The notes under the pieces: generated by a model
Told to the model about the DNA's origin: nothing
Database searches by the model: none
Seen by the model: the letters and a program-made list of their open reading frames with translations, nothing else
Assembly (NCBI GenBank): GCA_045658185.1
Contig: JAZOUQ010000039.1
Span: 7,702 to 71,701 of the forward strand
Source: Eubacteriales bacterium
GTDB taxonomy: Bacteria; Bacillota; Clostridia; Oscillospirales; CAG-272
Direction: 5' to 3'
Length of the DNA stretch: 64,000 nt
In this document: one piece after another, positions 12,441-21,344 of the stretch
How the letters are laid out: each line of letters opens with the position of its first letter
Numbering within the stretch: position 1 is the first letter of the stretch
Made by a program: the position numbers and the translations under genes

Positions 12441-12476
12441 AAAACCCGCCGAGAGCAATACTCTCGGCGGGTTTTA
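12441..12476. terminator. Bidirectional intrinsic terminator between rsmI and the convergent wHTH-LicC gene
   Basis: AAAACCCGCCGAGAG / CTCTCGGCGGGTTTT, a 15-bp stem flanked by an A-run and a T-run. Confidence 0.85.
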
Positions 12477-12483
12477 TTATAAA

Positions 12484-13374
12484 TTATACCGCGTAATTTT
12501 TGTCTATCTTTTTCAGCTCATTGAAGGTATCAATTTCAATAATATCCTCAAAGGTACATTCTCTTACGCTCACCTTGTACTCGTCGATATAGTATCCGAG
12601 TGCAACCTCGTCCCAATATCTTTCCTTGCCTCCGGGAGCGTTTTCAAAGACCTCCTTAAGGTGCTCTGCAAGACGTTTTCCGTCCTCCTCGGTCCAATAG
12701 GAAAGTCCGTAGAGGTGGTGGCAATTTATTCCACCAACTGTAAGCTTCTTTACGTATCCGTTTGAATCGGTTATCAGACACCAGTCGTCCGTTCTGCTCG
12801 TAGGTACGCCCAGATAGTTGGTTGAATACTGGTATTTGGTTATAAGCTTGGGATTGTAGAGCAGAAGGTCTGCCTCAAAAACGTAGCTTCCCGCGATAAG
12901 ATCACGAGCGATATATGCAGAAGAAATATTGTTACACTCGTTATAAATGGGATTTTCGATAAACTGAATGGAGGGGTACTTGTGTATAAGCTGGTCGAAC
13001 TGCTCTCCGAGATAGCCTCTTACAAGGTATATTTCTTTGATCCCCGCCGCAACTACCGCGTCAAGCAGAGTGTCTATTATTCTCACGCCCTTTACTCTTA
13101 CCAAGGGCTTGGGGGTGTTGAGGGTTATGGGAACAAGACGCGAACCAAATCCCGCAGCTATAAATACAGCTCTTTTTACACGATAAGGCTCAAGTGCCTC
13201 TATACCCTTGTCGGTTATCTTTCCGCCGTCAACCAAACCCTTTTCTGTAAATTCGGAAATTATTTTATTGACGCTTCCAACGGATATTCCCGTTTCCTTG
13301 GCAATCTCTCTTTGAGAAGCCGCCTCTTTTTTTGCTTCAAGACAAACAAGAACGTCAAACTGTTTTTTCGTCAT
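12484..13374 (-). CDS. Winged-helix HTH domain fused to a LicC-family cytidylyltransferase (phosphocholine/aminoethylphosphonate-type NTP transferase)
   Basis: N-terminal about 70 aa: QFDVLVCLEAKKEAASQREIAKETGISVGSVNKIISEFTEKGLV (wHTH). The remainder aligns by eye to pneumococcal LicC (AAGFGSRLVPITLNTPKPLV, NNISSAYIARDLIAGSYVFEADLLL, GLSYW, YWDEVA, IIEIDTFNELKKI). I prefer the ATG at 13374 (MTKKQFDVL). The longest ORF starts at 13401. Confidence 0.8.
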   Translation of the reverse strand: MTKKQFDVLVCLEAKKEAASQREIAKETGISVGSVNKIISEFTEKGLVDGGKITDKGIEALEPYRVKRAVFIAAGFGSRLVPITLNTPKPLVRVKGVRIIDTLLDAVVAAGIKEIYLVRGYLGEQFDQLIHKYPSIQFIENPIYNECNNISSAYIARDLIAGSYVFEADLLLYNPKLITKYQYSTNYLGVPTSRTDDWCLITDSNGYVKKLTVGGINCHHLYGLSYWTEEDGKRLAEHLKEVFENAPGGKERYWDEVALGYYIDEYKVSVRECTFEDIIEIDTFNELKKIDKNYAV

Positions 13375-13385
13375 AGTTATTAGCC

Positions 13386-14987
13386 TCACTTTACCTTGCA
13401 TTTAGATTTTATAATACCGATAATGGCTTTCAGCAGGATATTGACCAGCAATATCATAAGAGATACTACTGCCGCACTTTCATACTGCATTTGTGCCTCA
13501 AACTGATTTATCATAAGCGATATGGGACGGGTAGAGCTGTTTGCAAGGAAGGATACTGCGGAAATGGTCATCATACAGTTTACAAACAGATAGGAGAACA
13601 TTTCAAGTATAGTTCCAAAGCTCTGAGGTAAAAATACGTCCTTAAGCATTCTCGCCTTTCCAACGCCCAAGGTTTCACCCACCGATTCGAGATTTTCATT
13701 CATCTTTCCGAAGGTGTTGTACATCATAAGATAAGGTGAGGAAATAAAGTGTGCCGTATTTACCATCACCAATATAACCAGAGTTCCCATAATAAAGCTA
13801 CCGCTGAAGGCAATAACGTATGAAAGACCGAGGACGATACCGGGTATTGCCATAAAGGTCAGCATAAGCAGGTGCAAAACCTTTGACAGACCGCCTTTTG
13901 CACGGGCGGTGAAGTATGCGGTTATGAATCCTATGACCGTAGCGATCGCTGCAACCAAAAGGGCAATTACTACCGAGTTTACGAGGAATTTCGTTCCGCC
14001 TCTGGTGTCCATCGTCTTGATAAAATTATCAAGAGTGGGAGTCATATTCATAGGATAGCTCTTTACGAACGCAAGAATGATAAACGCAACGATAGGCAGA
14101 AGAGCCATCACGGAAACAACGGTGCAAATAACGTATGCCGCCGCGTTTTTGCCCTTGGAGCATTTCATCCCCTCCTGCTTTTTAACGAAAGCAGAGGACG
14201 CCTTGTCCTTGTTGAGAAGGTCGGTGACGAAGGCTACGATAGCGGGGATAAGCAAAAGTATTCCGTATACGCATCCTCGTCCGAATTTAAGCTGACCGAC
14301 TGCTTCCTCGTACATCAGTATAGATACGGTTTTAGTCGTACCACCTATCATAAGGGGAACTCCATAGTCGGTAATTATCATAGCAAAGGTGCTGAATGCC
14401 GCGGCTATGAGAGGTTTTCTCAAATAGGGAAGAGTAATTCTCAAAAATCTTCTCGATTTGTTAATACCCAGTATATCCGCCGCCTGATAGACCGATACGT
14501 CCTCATAGCGAAGAACGTCCGACAGCATAATAAATGCGACGGGAAACGCGTACATTACCGAGCCTGCGATGATTCCCGCAGGGCCGTAAATAAAGCTGCT
14601 CTGTATTCCCAAAAGATTATTGATAATTCCGTTTCTTCCGAAAAGTATTATCAAGCCCATACCGTGAGATATGGATGGGATAAGCATAGGAAGTACAAGT
14701 ATAACGTTGAACACACCCTTAAGCTTAATATCTGTACGCTGAACGCACCAAGCAAGAGCATACGCTATGATTATGACTATAACGGTTGATATTGCCGTAA
14801 ATACAAGCGAGTTTCTTACGGCAGGGAACAGCTTGGAGCTTTCAAAAACGTCCTTGATGTCGGAGGGCGTCAGCACCGTAAACATCATAATTATCGGGAC
14901 AATAACAAGTCCGATAAGCACTGCGGCGAGGGTAAGCTTAGTAACTATACTTCCCGCAGACGGTTTTCTTTTTATAATCTCATTCAT
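13386..14987 (-). CDS. ABC importer permease with two fused permease domains (Fe3+/thiamine/aminoethylphosphonate-type)
   Basis: 533 aa with about 12 TM helices and an internal duplication. GGAG lies 7 nt before the ATG. It overlaps the ATPase gene by 8 nt. Confidence 0.9.
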   Translation of the reverse strand: MNEIIKRKPSAGSIVTKLTLAAVLIGLVIVPIIMMFTVLTPSDIKDVFESSKLFPAVRNSLVFTAISTVIVIIIAYALAWCVQRTDIKLKGVFNVILVLPMLIPSISHGMGLIILFGRNGIINNLLGIQSSFIYGPAGIIAGSVMYAFPVAFIMLSDVLRYEDVSVYQAADILGINKSRRFLRITLPYLRKPLIAAAFSTFAMIITDYGVPLMIGGTTKTVSILMYEEAVGQLKFGRGCVYGILLLIPAIVAFVTDLLNKDKASSAFVKKQEGMKCSKGKNAAAYVICTVVSVMALLPIVAFIILAFVKSYPMNMTPTLDNFIKTMDTRGGTKFLVNSVVIALLVAAIATVIGFITAYFTARAKGGLSKVLHLLMLTFMAIPGIVLGLSYVIAFSGSFIMGTLVILVMVNTAHFISSPYLMMYNTFGKMNENLESVGETLGVGKARMLKDVFLPQSFGTILEMFSYLFVNCMMTISAVSFLANSSTRPISLMINQFEAQMQYESAAVVSLMILLVNILLKAIIGIIKSKCKVK

Positions 14988-15816
14988 TGCCCGACTCCAT
15001 AAATCTGCTGAGAGATTCTATTTTGGTTTGGAGGTTATCAACCACGAACTGCTTTACGTAATCGTTGGCGGGAGCAGAAATGATATTCTCGGGAGTATCT
15101 ATCTGACTGATACGGGAGTTTTCCATAACCAGAATTCTGTCGGACATAGCAAACGCCTCTTCCTGGTCGTGGGTGATGTATATCATAGTAGTTCCGTACT
15201 TTTTCTGAATGTCCTTTATTATCTTGCGAAGCTGAAGTCTTGTTGCCACGTCAAGTGCGGACATAGGCTCATCAAAGAGCATTACCTGAGGGTGGAGAAT
15301 GAGGGTTCTTGCGATAGCAACTCTCTGTTGCTGACCGCCCGAAAGCTCACCGGGACGCTTGTTGGCGTGTTCTGAAATTCCAAGATTTGCCATAAGCTCT
15401 TCAGCCTTAGCACTTATCTTTTCCTTGTAATCTGCATTGTACTCCTTGCCCTGCTTTTTTGCTTCTTTGATCTTGCGTTTAGCATTGAGGATCGCCGCAT
15501 AGCAGATGTTTTCCTTAACTGTCATATTCTCAAACAGAGCGTAGTTCTGGAAAACTATTCCCATATTTCTTGCGGATGCGGGAGCATGAGTGATGTCGGT
15601 ATCATCAAGCAATACCGTTCCGCTGGTGGGGGGTAGAAGTCCTACTATTATACGCAGAAGAGTGGTCTTTCCGCAACCCGAAGGTCCAAGGATGGAGAGA
15701 AACTCTCCGTCCTTGACCTCAAAAGAAACGTCGTTAAGTGCTATAAAATTGGGATCGTCGTCGTATACCTTTCTCAGGTTGGTTATCGTAAGCTTGTTTT
15801 TCTTTAATGATTCCAT
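14980..15816 (-). CDS. ABC importer ATP-binding protein
   Basis: Walker A GPSGCGKTT, signature LSGGQQQR and Walker B MLFDEP. 278 aa. Confidence 0.9.
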   Translation of the reverse strand: MESLKKNKLTITNLRKVYDDDPNFIALNDVSFEVKDGEFLSILGPSGCGKTTLLRIIVGLLPPTSGTVLLDDTDITHAPASARNMGIVFQNYALFENMTVKENICYAAILNAKRKIKEAKKQGKEYNADYKEKISAKAEELMANLGISEHANKRPGELSGGQQQRVAIARTLILHPQVMLFDEPMSALDVATRLQLRKIIKDIQKKYGTTMIYITHDQEEAFAMSDRILVMENSRISQIDTPENIISAPANDYVKQFVVDNLQTKIESLSRFMESGNE

Positions 15817-16793
15817 TTCTTAAGAAGTGCATCCTTTCTTTCAGAAGTGTTGTCGCTCATATCGCCGTAAACGATATTTTCGGGGAAATTATTTATTTTA
15901 AAGCTCTTGTCCTTGAACAGCTTTTCGGGATAATGAAGCTCATTCATTTCTTCAGTTATGGTCGTTGCTATGAATTGGAACACTTCAACAACCGCGGGAT
16001 TGGTTTCGTTACCTGCAATTATGCCCTGACCGTAAACGGAGTAGGGAGAACCCTCTTCAAAGAAAACAATTTTAAGGTCAGCACCTTCGTTTATCTTGGT
16101 AACAGCCTGTGAGGTCATTCCAAGACCAACGGCAACCTCTCCTTTTACTAACGAGTTAACGGGACCCGATCCCGAGGAGGTAAAGGAAAGTATGTTTTCG
16201 GAGAGTGCATCGAAATACTCAAACGCCTTGTCCTCGCCCCACTCGTTTACAAGGTTCAGAAGAAACATATAACCTGTGCCGGAAGAAGCGGGGTTGGGCA
16301 TAGAAATGAGTCCCTCGAACTCGGGTGCAAGAAGATCCTCATAGCAAGTAGGAGCTTCAAGACCGTGCTTTTCAAGAACTGCGGGATTGATAATGATAGC
16401 TCCGCCGTTTCTAACCTCGGGAAGATAGTATTTGCTTTCTACCAGCTCGTCGGAGAAAACAGAGAAGTCAGCAATGTCGGTAAGGTCGGCAAGGATACCG
16501 TCTGCGGCTATTGATTGTGCAAAAGCGTATTCAAGGTCATGCGTTATGTGACACTCAACGTCAGTACCGGCAGCTTTTATTTTAGCGGCTTGATCGGCAC
16601 TACCTACATATTCAACTCTTATTTTGTAATCGGGAAATTGCTCGTTAAGTCTATTCTGCATATACTCAACTCGATAATCCTCAATACTTGTATACACGAT
16701 TATTTCTTCCTTCTTTCCGCAACCCGTAAAGCAGGTGGAAAGCATAAAGAGGGAAAGTGCAACAAGAAGTACGTTTCTGAGTGTTTTTTTCAT
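15804..16793 (-). CDS. ABC importer substrate-binding lipoprotein (Fe3+/thiamine/AEP-type SBP)
   Basis: 329 aa. The lipoprotein signal LFMLSTCFTGC, AAGGAG 7 nt before the ATG and family-type blocks (GAIIINP, SSGTGY) are present. Confidence 0.85.
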   Translation of the reverse strand: MKKTLRNVLLVALSLFMLSTCFTGCGKKEEIIVYTSIEDYRVEYMQNRLNEQFPDYKIRVEYVGSADQAAKIKAAGTDVECHITHDLEYAFAQSIAADGILADLTDIADFSVFSDELVESKYYLPEVRNGGAIIINPAVLEKHGLEAPTCYEDLLAPEFEGLISMPNPASSGTGYMFLLNLVNEWGEDKAFEYFDALSENILSFTSSGSGPVNSLVKGEVAVGLGMTSQAVTKINEGADLKIVFFEEGSPYSVYGQGIIAGNETNPAVVEVFQFIATTITEEMNELHYPEKLFKDKSFKINNFPENIVYGDMSDNTSERKDALLKKWNH

Positions 16794-16958
16794 AACAAAA
16801 GCTCCTTAACATTTTCTTTTTTGTTTTCCGTTCAACGCCCATCTCAAAAGCTCGAATTTTTGAACGCCGTTACAAAAGAATTTTACCAAAAAAGGTATAA
16901 AAATATACCCTCTGTTCAGGCATTAACGCTTATCGGGGGTGTATTGAACGGTATTTGT
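16794..16958 (-). promoter_or_regulatory. About 165-nt 5' leader of the importer operon with a terminator-like hairpin (candidate attenuator or riboswitch)
   Basis: In gene sense, GGGTATA-ttt-TATACC followed by TTTTTTGG (plus-strand 16886-16910). The upstream AATACACCCCC can pair alternatively with GAGGGTAT. The element CCGTTCAA / TTGAACGG is repeated. Confidence 0.3.
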
Positions 16959-16965
16959 TGATGTA

Positions 16966-16994
16966 ATTGTACCATAATTATATAGCTTTGTCAA
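16966..16994 (-). promoter_or_regulatory. Sigma-A promoter of the importer operon
   Basis: On the minus strand: TTGACA (16994-16989), a 17-nt spacer, then TGgTACAAT (-10 at 16971-16966). Confidence 0.45.
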
Positions 16995-17164
16995 TAGCTT
17001 TTCACAAAAAAAGTGTTCATTATTATTGTTTTTGAATTGGAAAGTGAAATCAAAAACGGGTTTGTTGGTAAAAAACGAGAAATATGTGCTCAAAAAAGGT
17101 TAAAATAATAACTGTTTTGAGCAAACGATGGATTTTGAACAATATCATAATTTTCTTTGTGCTA

Positions 17165-17193
17165 TTGACAGACGGAATATTTTGAAATATAAT
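17165..17193 (+). promoter_or_regulatory. Sigma-A promoter of the THUMP methyltransferase gene
   Basis: TTGACA (17165-17170), a 17-nt spacer, then TATAAT (17188-17193). Confidence 0.5.
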
Positions 17194-17225
17194 ATATGAG
17201 AAAACAAACAAAAAGGGAGAAACTT

Positions 17226-18365
17226 ATGAAATTGAGAATGGTCGCCACCTGCCTTTTCGGTCTTGAAAGACTGCTTGGCGAGGAGATAGATAAAATAGGC
17301 GGAAAAAGAGTGGAAACTATCGATGGAAGAGTAACCTTTGACGGAGATGAAAGCACTTTGATAGCGGCAAATTTAAGACTGAGATGTGCCGAGCGAGTGT
17401 TCATATGGATGGGAAGCTTTCCCGTGTACAGCTTTGACGAGCTGTTTGAGGGAACAAAGGCGTTGCCTTGGGAAAAATATATCGGCAAGGACGATATATT
17501 TCCTGTCAAGGGTCACGCGATACACTCAAGGCTTTATTCTGTACCCGACTGCCAAAGCATTGTGAAAAAGGCCATAGTTGACAGACTTTCAGGAAAATAC
17601 GGCATCAGAATATTCCCCGAAACAGGCGTTAAATATCAGGTGGAATTTTTCATTTTTAAGGACGAGGCTACGCTTATGATAGATACGTCGGGCATAGCAC
17701 TTCACAAAAGAGGATACCGCCCCGCATCGGGAGAAGCACCTCTGCGTGAAACGCTAGGGGCGGCGATCGCAACGATAGCACGTCCGAAGGAGGACGTCTT
17801 ATTTTGGGATCCTTTTTGCGGCTCGGGAACTATCGTTATCGAGGCGGCTATGATAGCCACGGGCAGAGTCCCCGGACTTGGCAGAAGCTTTGCCGCGGAG
17901 AGCTTTCCTATATTCGATGCAAAGCTGTGGACGGCAGAACGAGAAAAAGCAGAGTCGGAGATAAAGAGAGAGAGCATATTTGAGGCATACGGCTCGGATA
18001 TTGATACCGAGGTGCTTGACAAGGCGAGAGAAAATGCCAAAAGAGCTGGTGTGGACGGTTACATAAAATTCTTCCGTGCCGATGCGAGAAAGATAGAAAA
18101 GGAGGAGGGAAGACGGGGAACTGTCGCGTGTAATCCTCCTTACGGGGAGCGACTTATGACACTTTCCGAGGCGGAGGCACTTTACAGAGATATGGGCAGA
18201 GCATTCTCAAGGCTTGACCCGTGGCAGATATACGTTCTTACCTCTGCGGAGAATTTCGAGAGGCTGTACGGCAGACGTGCAGACAAGATACGAAAGCTTT
18301 ATAACGGTATGATACCTTGCCGTCTTTATCAGTATTTCAAGCCCAAGGATTTTATCAGAAAGTGA
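17226..18365 (+). CDS. THUMP-domain class I SAM-dependent RNA methyltransferase (RlmL/YpsC-like)
   Basis: I placed the start at MKLRMVATCLFGLE, after AGGGAGA. A THUMP-like N-terminal half is followed by the SAM motif DPFCGSGT and the catalytic NPPYG. Confidence 0.85.
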   Translation: MKLRMVATCLFGLERLLGEEIDKIGGKRVETIDGRVTFDGDESTLIAANLRLRCAERVFIWMGSFPVYSFDELFEGTKALPWEKYIGKDDIFPVKGHAIHSRLYSVPDCQSIVKKAIVDRLSGKYGIRIFPETGVKYQVEFFIFKDEATLMIDTSGIALHKRGYRPASGEAPLRETLGAAIATIARPKEDVLFWDPFCGSGTIVIEAAMIATGRVPGLGRSFAAESFPIFDAKLWTAEREKAESEIKRESIFEAYGSDIDTEVLDKARENAKRAGVDGYIKFFRADARKIEKEEGRRGTVACNPPYGERLMTLSEAEALYRDMGRAFSRLDPWQIYVLTSAENFERLYGRRADKIRKLYNGMIPCRLYQYFKPKDFIRK

Positions 18366-18574
18366 AAGTTTGAGGTTTACAACTTGCATTTTTGACAATG
18401 AATCCAAATGTGTAAGTGTGGTCGTTTTAAATTTGCTTTGTAAATTGTAAACACAAGGGCGGTCAGATAAATATTGCTCAAAAACATCAGCAAAAAATGA
18501 GCGTGTCAGTAGTGATATTTGCAATAAAATTAAAAAAAATCGCAAATTGAGTGTAAAAATGTCGATAAAATTTA

Positions 18575-18603
18575 TTGACATATATAAACTGTTGTGTTAT
18601 AAT
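18575..18603 (+). promoter_or_regulatory. Sigma-A promoter of gdhA
   Basis: TTGACA (18575-18580), a 17-nt spacer, then TGtTATAAT (-10 at 18598-18603). Confidence 0.5.
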
Positions 18604-18667
18604 AACATTTAGTTGGTAAAAAATTGATTTTTCAATTTAACATTTTTTTGAAAGAAGGTAATTAACA

Positions 18668-20020
18668 ATGAGCTTTAAGAATCAGTACCTTAACGAGCTT
18701 ATGGGAAGAGTCGTTAAGAGAAACCCCAACGAACCCGAATTTCATCAGACTGTAAAGGAAGTTCTTGAGTCTATCGAGCCTGTTATCGAAGCACGTCCCG
18801 ATTTCGTAAAGAGCGGCGTTATCGAGAGAATGGTTGAGCCTGAGAGAATAATCAAGTTCCGTGTTCCGTGGGTAGACGACAACGGTAACGTACAGGTTAA
18901 CCGCGGTTTCAGAATTCAGTTTAACAGTGCAATCGGTCCTTACAAGGGCGGTCTTCGTTTCCACCCCTCCGTTAACGAGAGCATTATAAAGTTCCTCGGC
19001 TTTGAGCAGACTTTTAAGAACTCCCTCACCTCTCTGCCTATGGGCGGCGGTAAGGGCGGATCTGACTTTGACCCTCAGGGCAAGTCGGACGCGGAGGTTA
19101 TGCGTTTCTGCCAGAGCTTTATGACCGAGCTTCAGAAGTACATAGGTGCTGACACGGACGTTCCCGCAGGCGACATCGGTGTTGGTGCAAGAGAGATCGG
19201 CTACCTCTACGGTCAGTACAAAAGACTTCGTGACGAGTTCACGGGTGTTCTTACGGGTAAGGGAATTCCTTACGGCGGTTCTCTCATCCGTCCCGAGGCA
19301 ACAGGTTACGGTGCAGTTTACTACACCGTTGAGATGCTCAACTACTTCGGCGACGATATCAAGGGTAAGACCTTTGCTATTTCCGGCTTCGGTAACGTTG
19401 CTTGGGGTACTGTAAAGAAGGTAAACGAGCTTGGCGGTAAGGTAGTTACCATTTCCGGACCCGACGGCTACGTATACGATCCCGATGGAATCTCCACCGA
19501 GGAGAAGGTAAACTATATGCTTGAAATGCGTGCATCCTGCCGTAACAAGGTTCAGGATTACGCTGATAAGTTTGGCGTTGAATTCTTCCCCGGACAGAAG
19601 CCTTGGGGCGTTAAGGCTGACATCATTATGCCTTGTGCTACCCAGAATGAGGTTGATATGAAGGAAGCTGAAATGATCGTTGCTAACGGCGTTAAGTATT
19701 ACGTTGAGGTTTCCAATATGCCTACCACTAACGAGGCTGTTGCATACCTGAAGGCAAACGGCGTTATCGTTGCTCCTTCCAAGGCAGTTAACGCAGGCGG
19801 TGTTTCCGTATCCGGTCTTGAGATGTCCCAGAACTCCATGCGTTATGCTTGGAGTGCAGAAGAGGTTGACGAGAAGCTTAAGGGCATTATGAAGAACATC
19901 TTCAACAACTCCGTAAAGGCTGCAAACGAGTACGGTCTTGGCGATGACCTTGTAGCAGGTGCGAATATCGCAGGCTTCATCAAGGTTGCAGAGGCTATGA
20001 AGGCTCAGGGCGTGGTTTAA
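18668..20020 (+). CDS. gdhA: NADP-specific glutamate dehydrogenase
   Basis: 450 aa. The catalytic-Lys block LPMGGGKGGSDFDP and the dinucleotide fold SGFGNVAWG match hexameric GDHs. Confidence 0.95.
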   Translation: MSFKNQYLNELMGRVVKRNPNEPEFHQTVKEVLESIEPVIEARPDFVKSGVIERMVEPERIIKFRVPWVDDNGNVQVNRGFRIQFNSAIGPYKGGLRFHPSVNESIIKFLGFEQTFKNSLTSLPMGGGKGGSDFDPQGKSDAEVMRFCQSFMTELQKYIGADTDVPAGDIGVGAREIGYLYGQYKRLRDEFTGVLTGKGIPYGGSLIRPEATGYGAVYYTVEMLNYFGDDIKGKTFAISGFGNVAWGTVKKVNELGGKVVTISGPDGYVYDPDGISTEEKVNYMLEMRASCRNKVQDYADKFGVEFFPGQKPWGVKADIIMPCATQNEVDMKEAEMIVANGVKYYVEVSNMPTTNEAVAYLKANGVIVAPSKAVNAGGVSVSGLEMSQNSMRYAWSAEEVDEKLKGIMKNIFNNSVKAANEYGLGDDLVAGANIAGFIKVAEAMKAQGVV

Positions 20021-20034
20021 TAAAATGGTTTTTA

Positions 20035-20066
20035 GAGGTCGAGCCGACAGGCTCGGCCTCTTTTGA
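20035..20066 (+). terminator. Intrinsic terminator after gdhA
   Basis: GAGGTCGAGCC-gaca-GGCTCGGCCTC followed by TTTT. Confidence 0.8.
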
Positions 20067-20189
20067 AAGATAAAAGCACATATAAGGATTTGTATAAAAC
20101 ATATATAAAACACCAATATTTTTTCAAAAAAAAGACAAAAATAGTGCATTTATACAAAATTGATAAAATTTCGTCAAAACCCTTGTATA

Positions 20190-20218
20190 TTTACAAAAAA
20201 TGAGATAAAATATATAAT
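20190..20218 (+). promoter_or_regulatory. Candidate sigma-A promoter of gap
   Basis: TTTACA (20190-20195), a 17-nt spacer, then TATAAT (20213-20218). Confidence 0.4.
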
Positions 20219-20277
20219 TGATATAAACTGTTTTGAAAGAAGCAGTAAAAAATATTTTATTTTGGAGGATTTTAACT

Positions 20278-21294
20278 ATGTCAGTTAAAGTTGCTATTAA
20301 CGGCTTTGGCCGTATCGGACGTCTTGCATTCAGACAGATGTTCGGCGCAGAGGGTTATGAGGTAGTTGCAATCAACGACCTTACCGATCCTAAGATGCTC
20401 GCTCACCTTCTCAAGTACGACACTGCTCAGGGTAAGTACGCTCTCGCAGATACCGTAGTTGCTGGCGAGGACAGCATCACTGTTGATGGAAAGACCATCA
20501 AGATCTACTCCGAAAAGGACGCTGCTAACTGCCCTTGGGGTGAGCTTGGCGTAGACGTTGTTCTCGAGTGCACCGGTTTCTACTGCTCCACCGAGAAGTC
20601 TATGGCTCACATCAACGCAGGTGCTAAGAAGGTTGTTATCTCTGCTCCCGCAGGTAAGGACCTCAAGACCATCGTATACAGCGTAAACGAGAAGACTCTT
20701 ACCGCTGATGACAAGATCATCTCCGCTGCTTCTTGTACCACCAACTGCCTTGCTCCTATGGCAAAGGCTCTCAACGAGTATGCTGCTATTCAGAGCGGTA
20801 TCATGACCACTGTTCACGCATACACTGGTGACCAGATGATCCTCGACGGTCCTCACAGAAAGGGTGACCTCCGCCGTGCTCGTGCAGGTGCACAGAACAT
20901 CGTTCCTAACTCCACCGGTGCTGCAAAGGCAATCGGCCTTGTTATCCCCGAGCTCAACGGTAAGCTTATCGGTTCTGCTCAGAGAGTTCCTACCTGCACA
21001 GGTTCTACCACTATCCTCGTAGCAGTAGTTAAGGGTAAGGACGTTACCGTTGACGGTATCAACGCTGCAATGAAGGCTGCTGCATCCGAGTCCTTCGGAT
21101 ACAACACCGACGAGATCGTATCTTCCGACGTTATCGGTATGCGTTACGGTTCTCTCTTCGATGCAACCCAGACTATGGTTGCAAAGATCGACGACGATAC
21201 CTACCAGGTACAGGTTGTTTCTTGGTACGACAACGAGAACTCCTACACCAGCCAGATGGTTCGTACGATCAAGTACTTCGCAGAGCTTAACTAA
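20278..21294 (+). CDS. gap: Type I glyceraldehyde-3-phosphate dehydrogenase
   Basis: The start [15 protein letters not shown] follows GGAGGA. The active site SCTTNCLAP is present. 338 aa. Confidence 0.95.
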   Translation: MSVKVAINGFGRIGRLAFRQMFGAEGYEVVAINDLTDPKMLAHLLKYDTAQGKYALADTVVAGEDSITVDGKTIKIYSEKDAANCPWGELGVDVVLECTGFYCSTEKSMAHINAGAKKVVISAPAGKDLKTIVYSVNEKTLTADDKIISAASCTTNCLAPMAKALNEYAAIQSGIMTTVHAYTGDQMILDGPHRKGDLRRARAGAQNIVPNSTGAAKAIGLVIPELNGKLIGSAQRVPTCTGSTTILVAVVKGKDVTVDGINAAMKAAASESFGYNTDEIVSSDVIGMRYGSLFDATQTMVAKIDDDTYQVQVVSWYDNENSYTSQMVRTIKYFAELN

Positions 21295-21314
21295 TTTTAA
21301 GTTAAATAAAAATT

Positions 21315-21344
21315 GGACTATCTCTTTGGAGATAGTCCTTTTTT
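21315..21344. terminator. Bidirectional terminator between gap and convergent wecB
   Basis: GGACTATCTC-tttg-GAGATAGTCC with TTTTTT on the plus strand and a T-rich stretch on the minus strand. The wecB stop codon abuts it. Confidence 0.8.

Noticed and set aside
18662-20149. A 495-aa ORF on the minus strand
   Set aside because: It lies exactly antisense to the strongly supported gdhA gene. Its sequence is low-complexity and Leu/Val/Asn-rich with no motifs and no RBS. It is a typical shadow ORF of a highly codon-biased gene.
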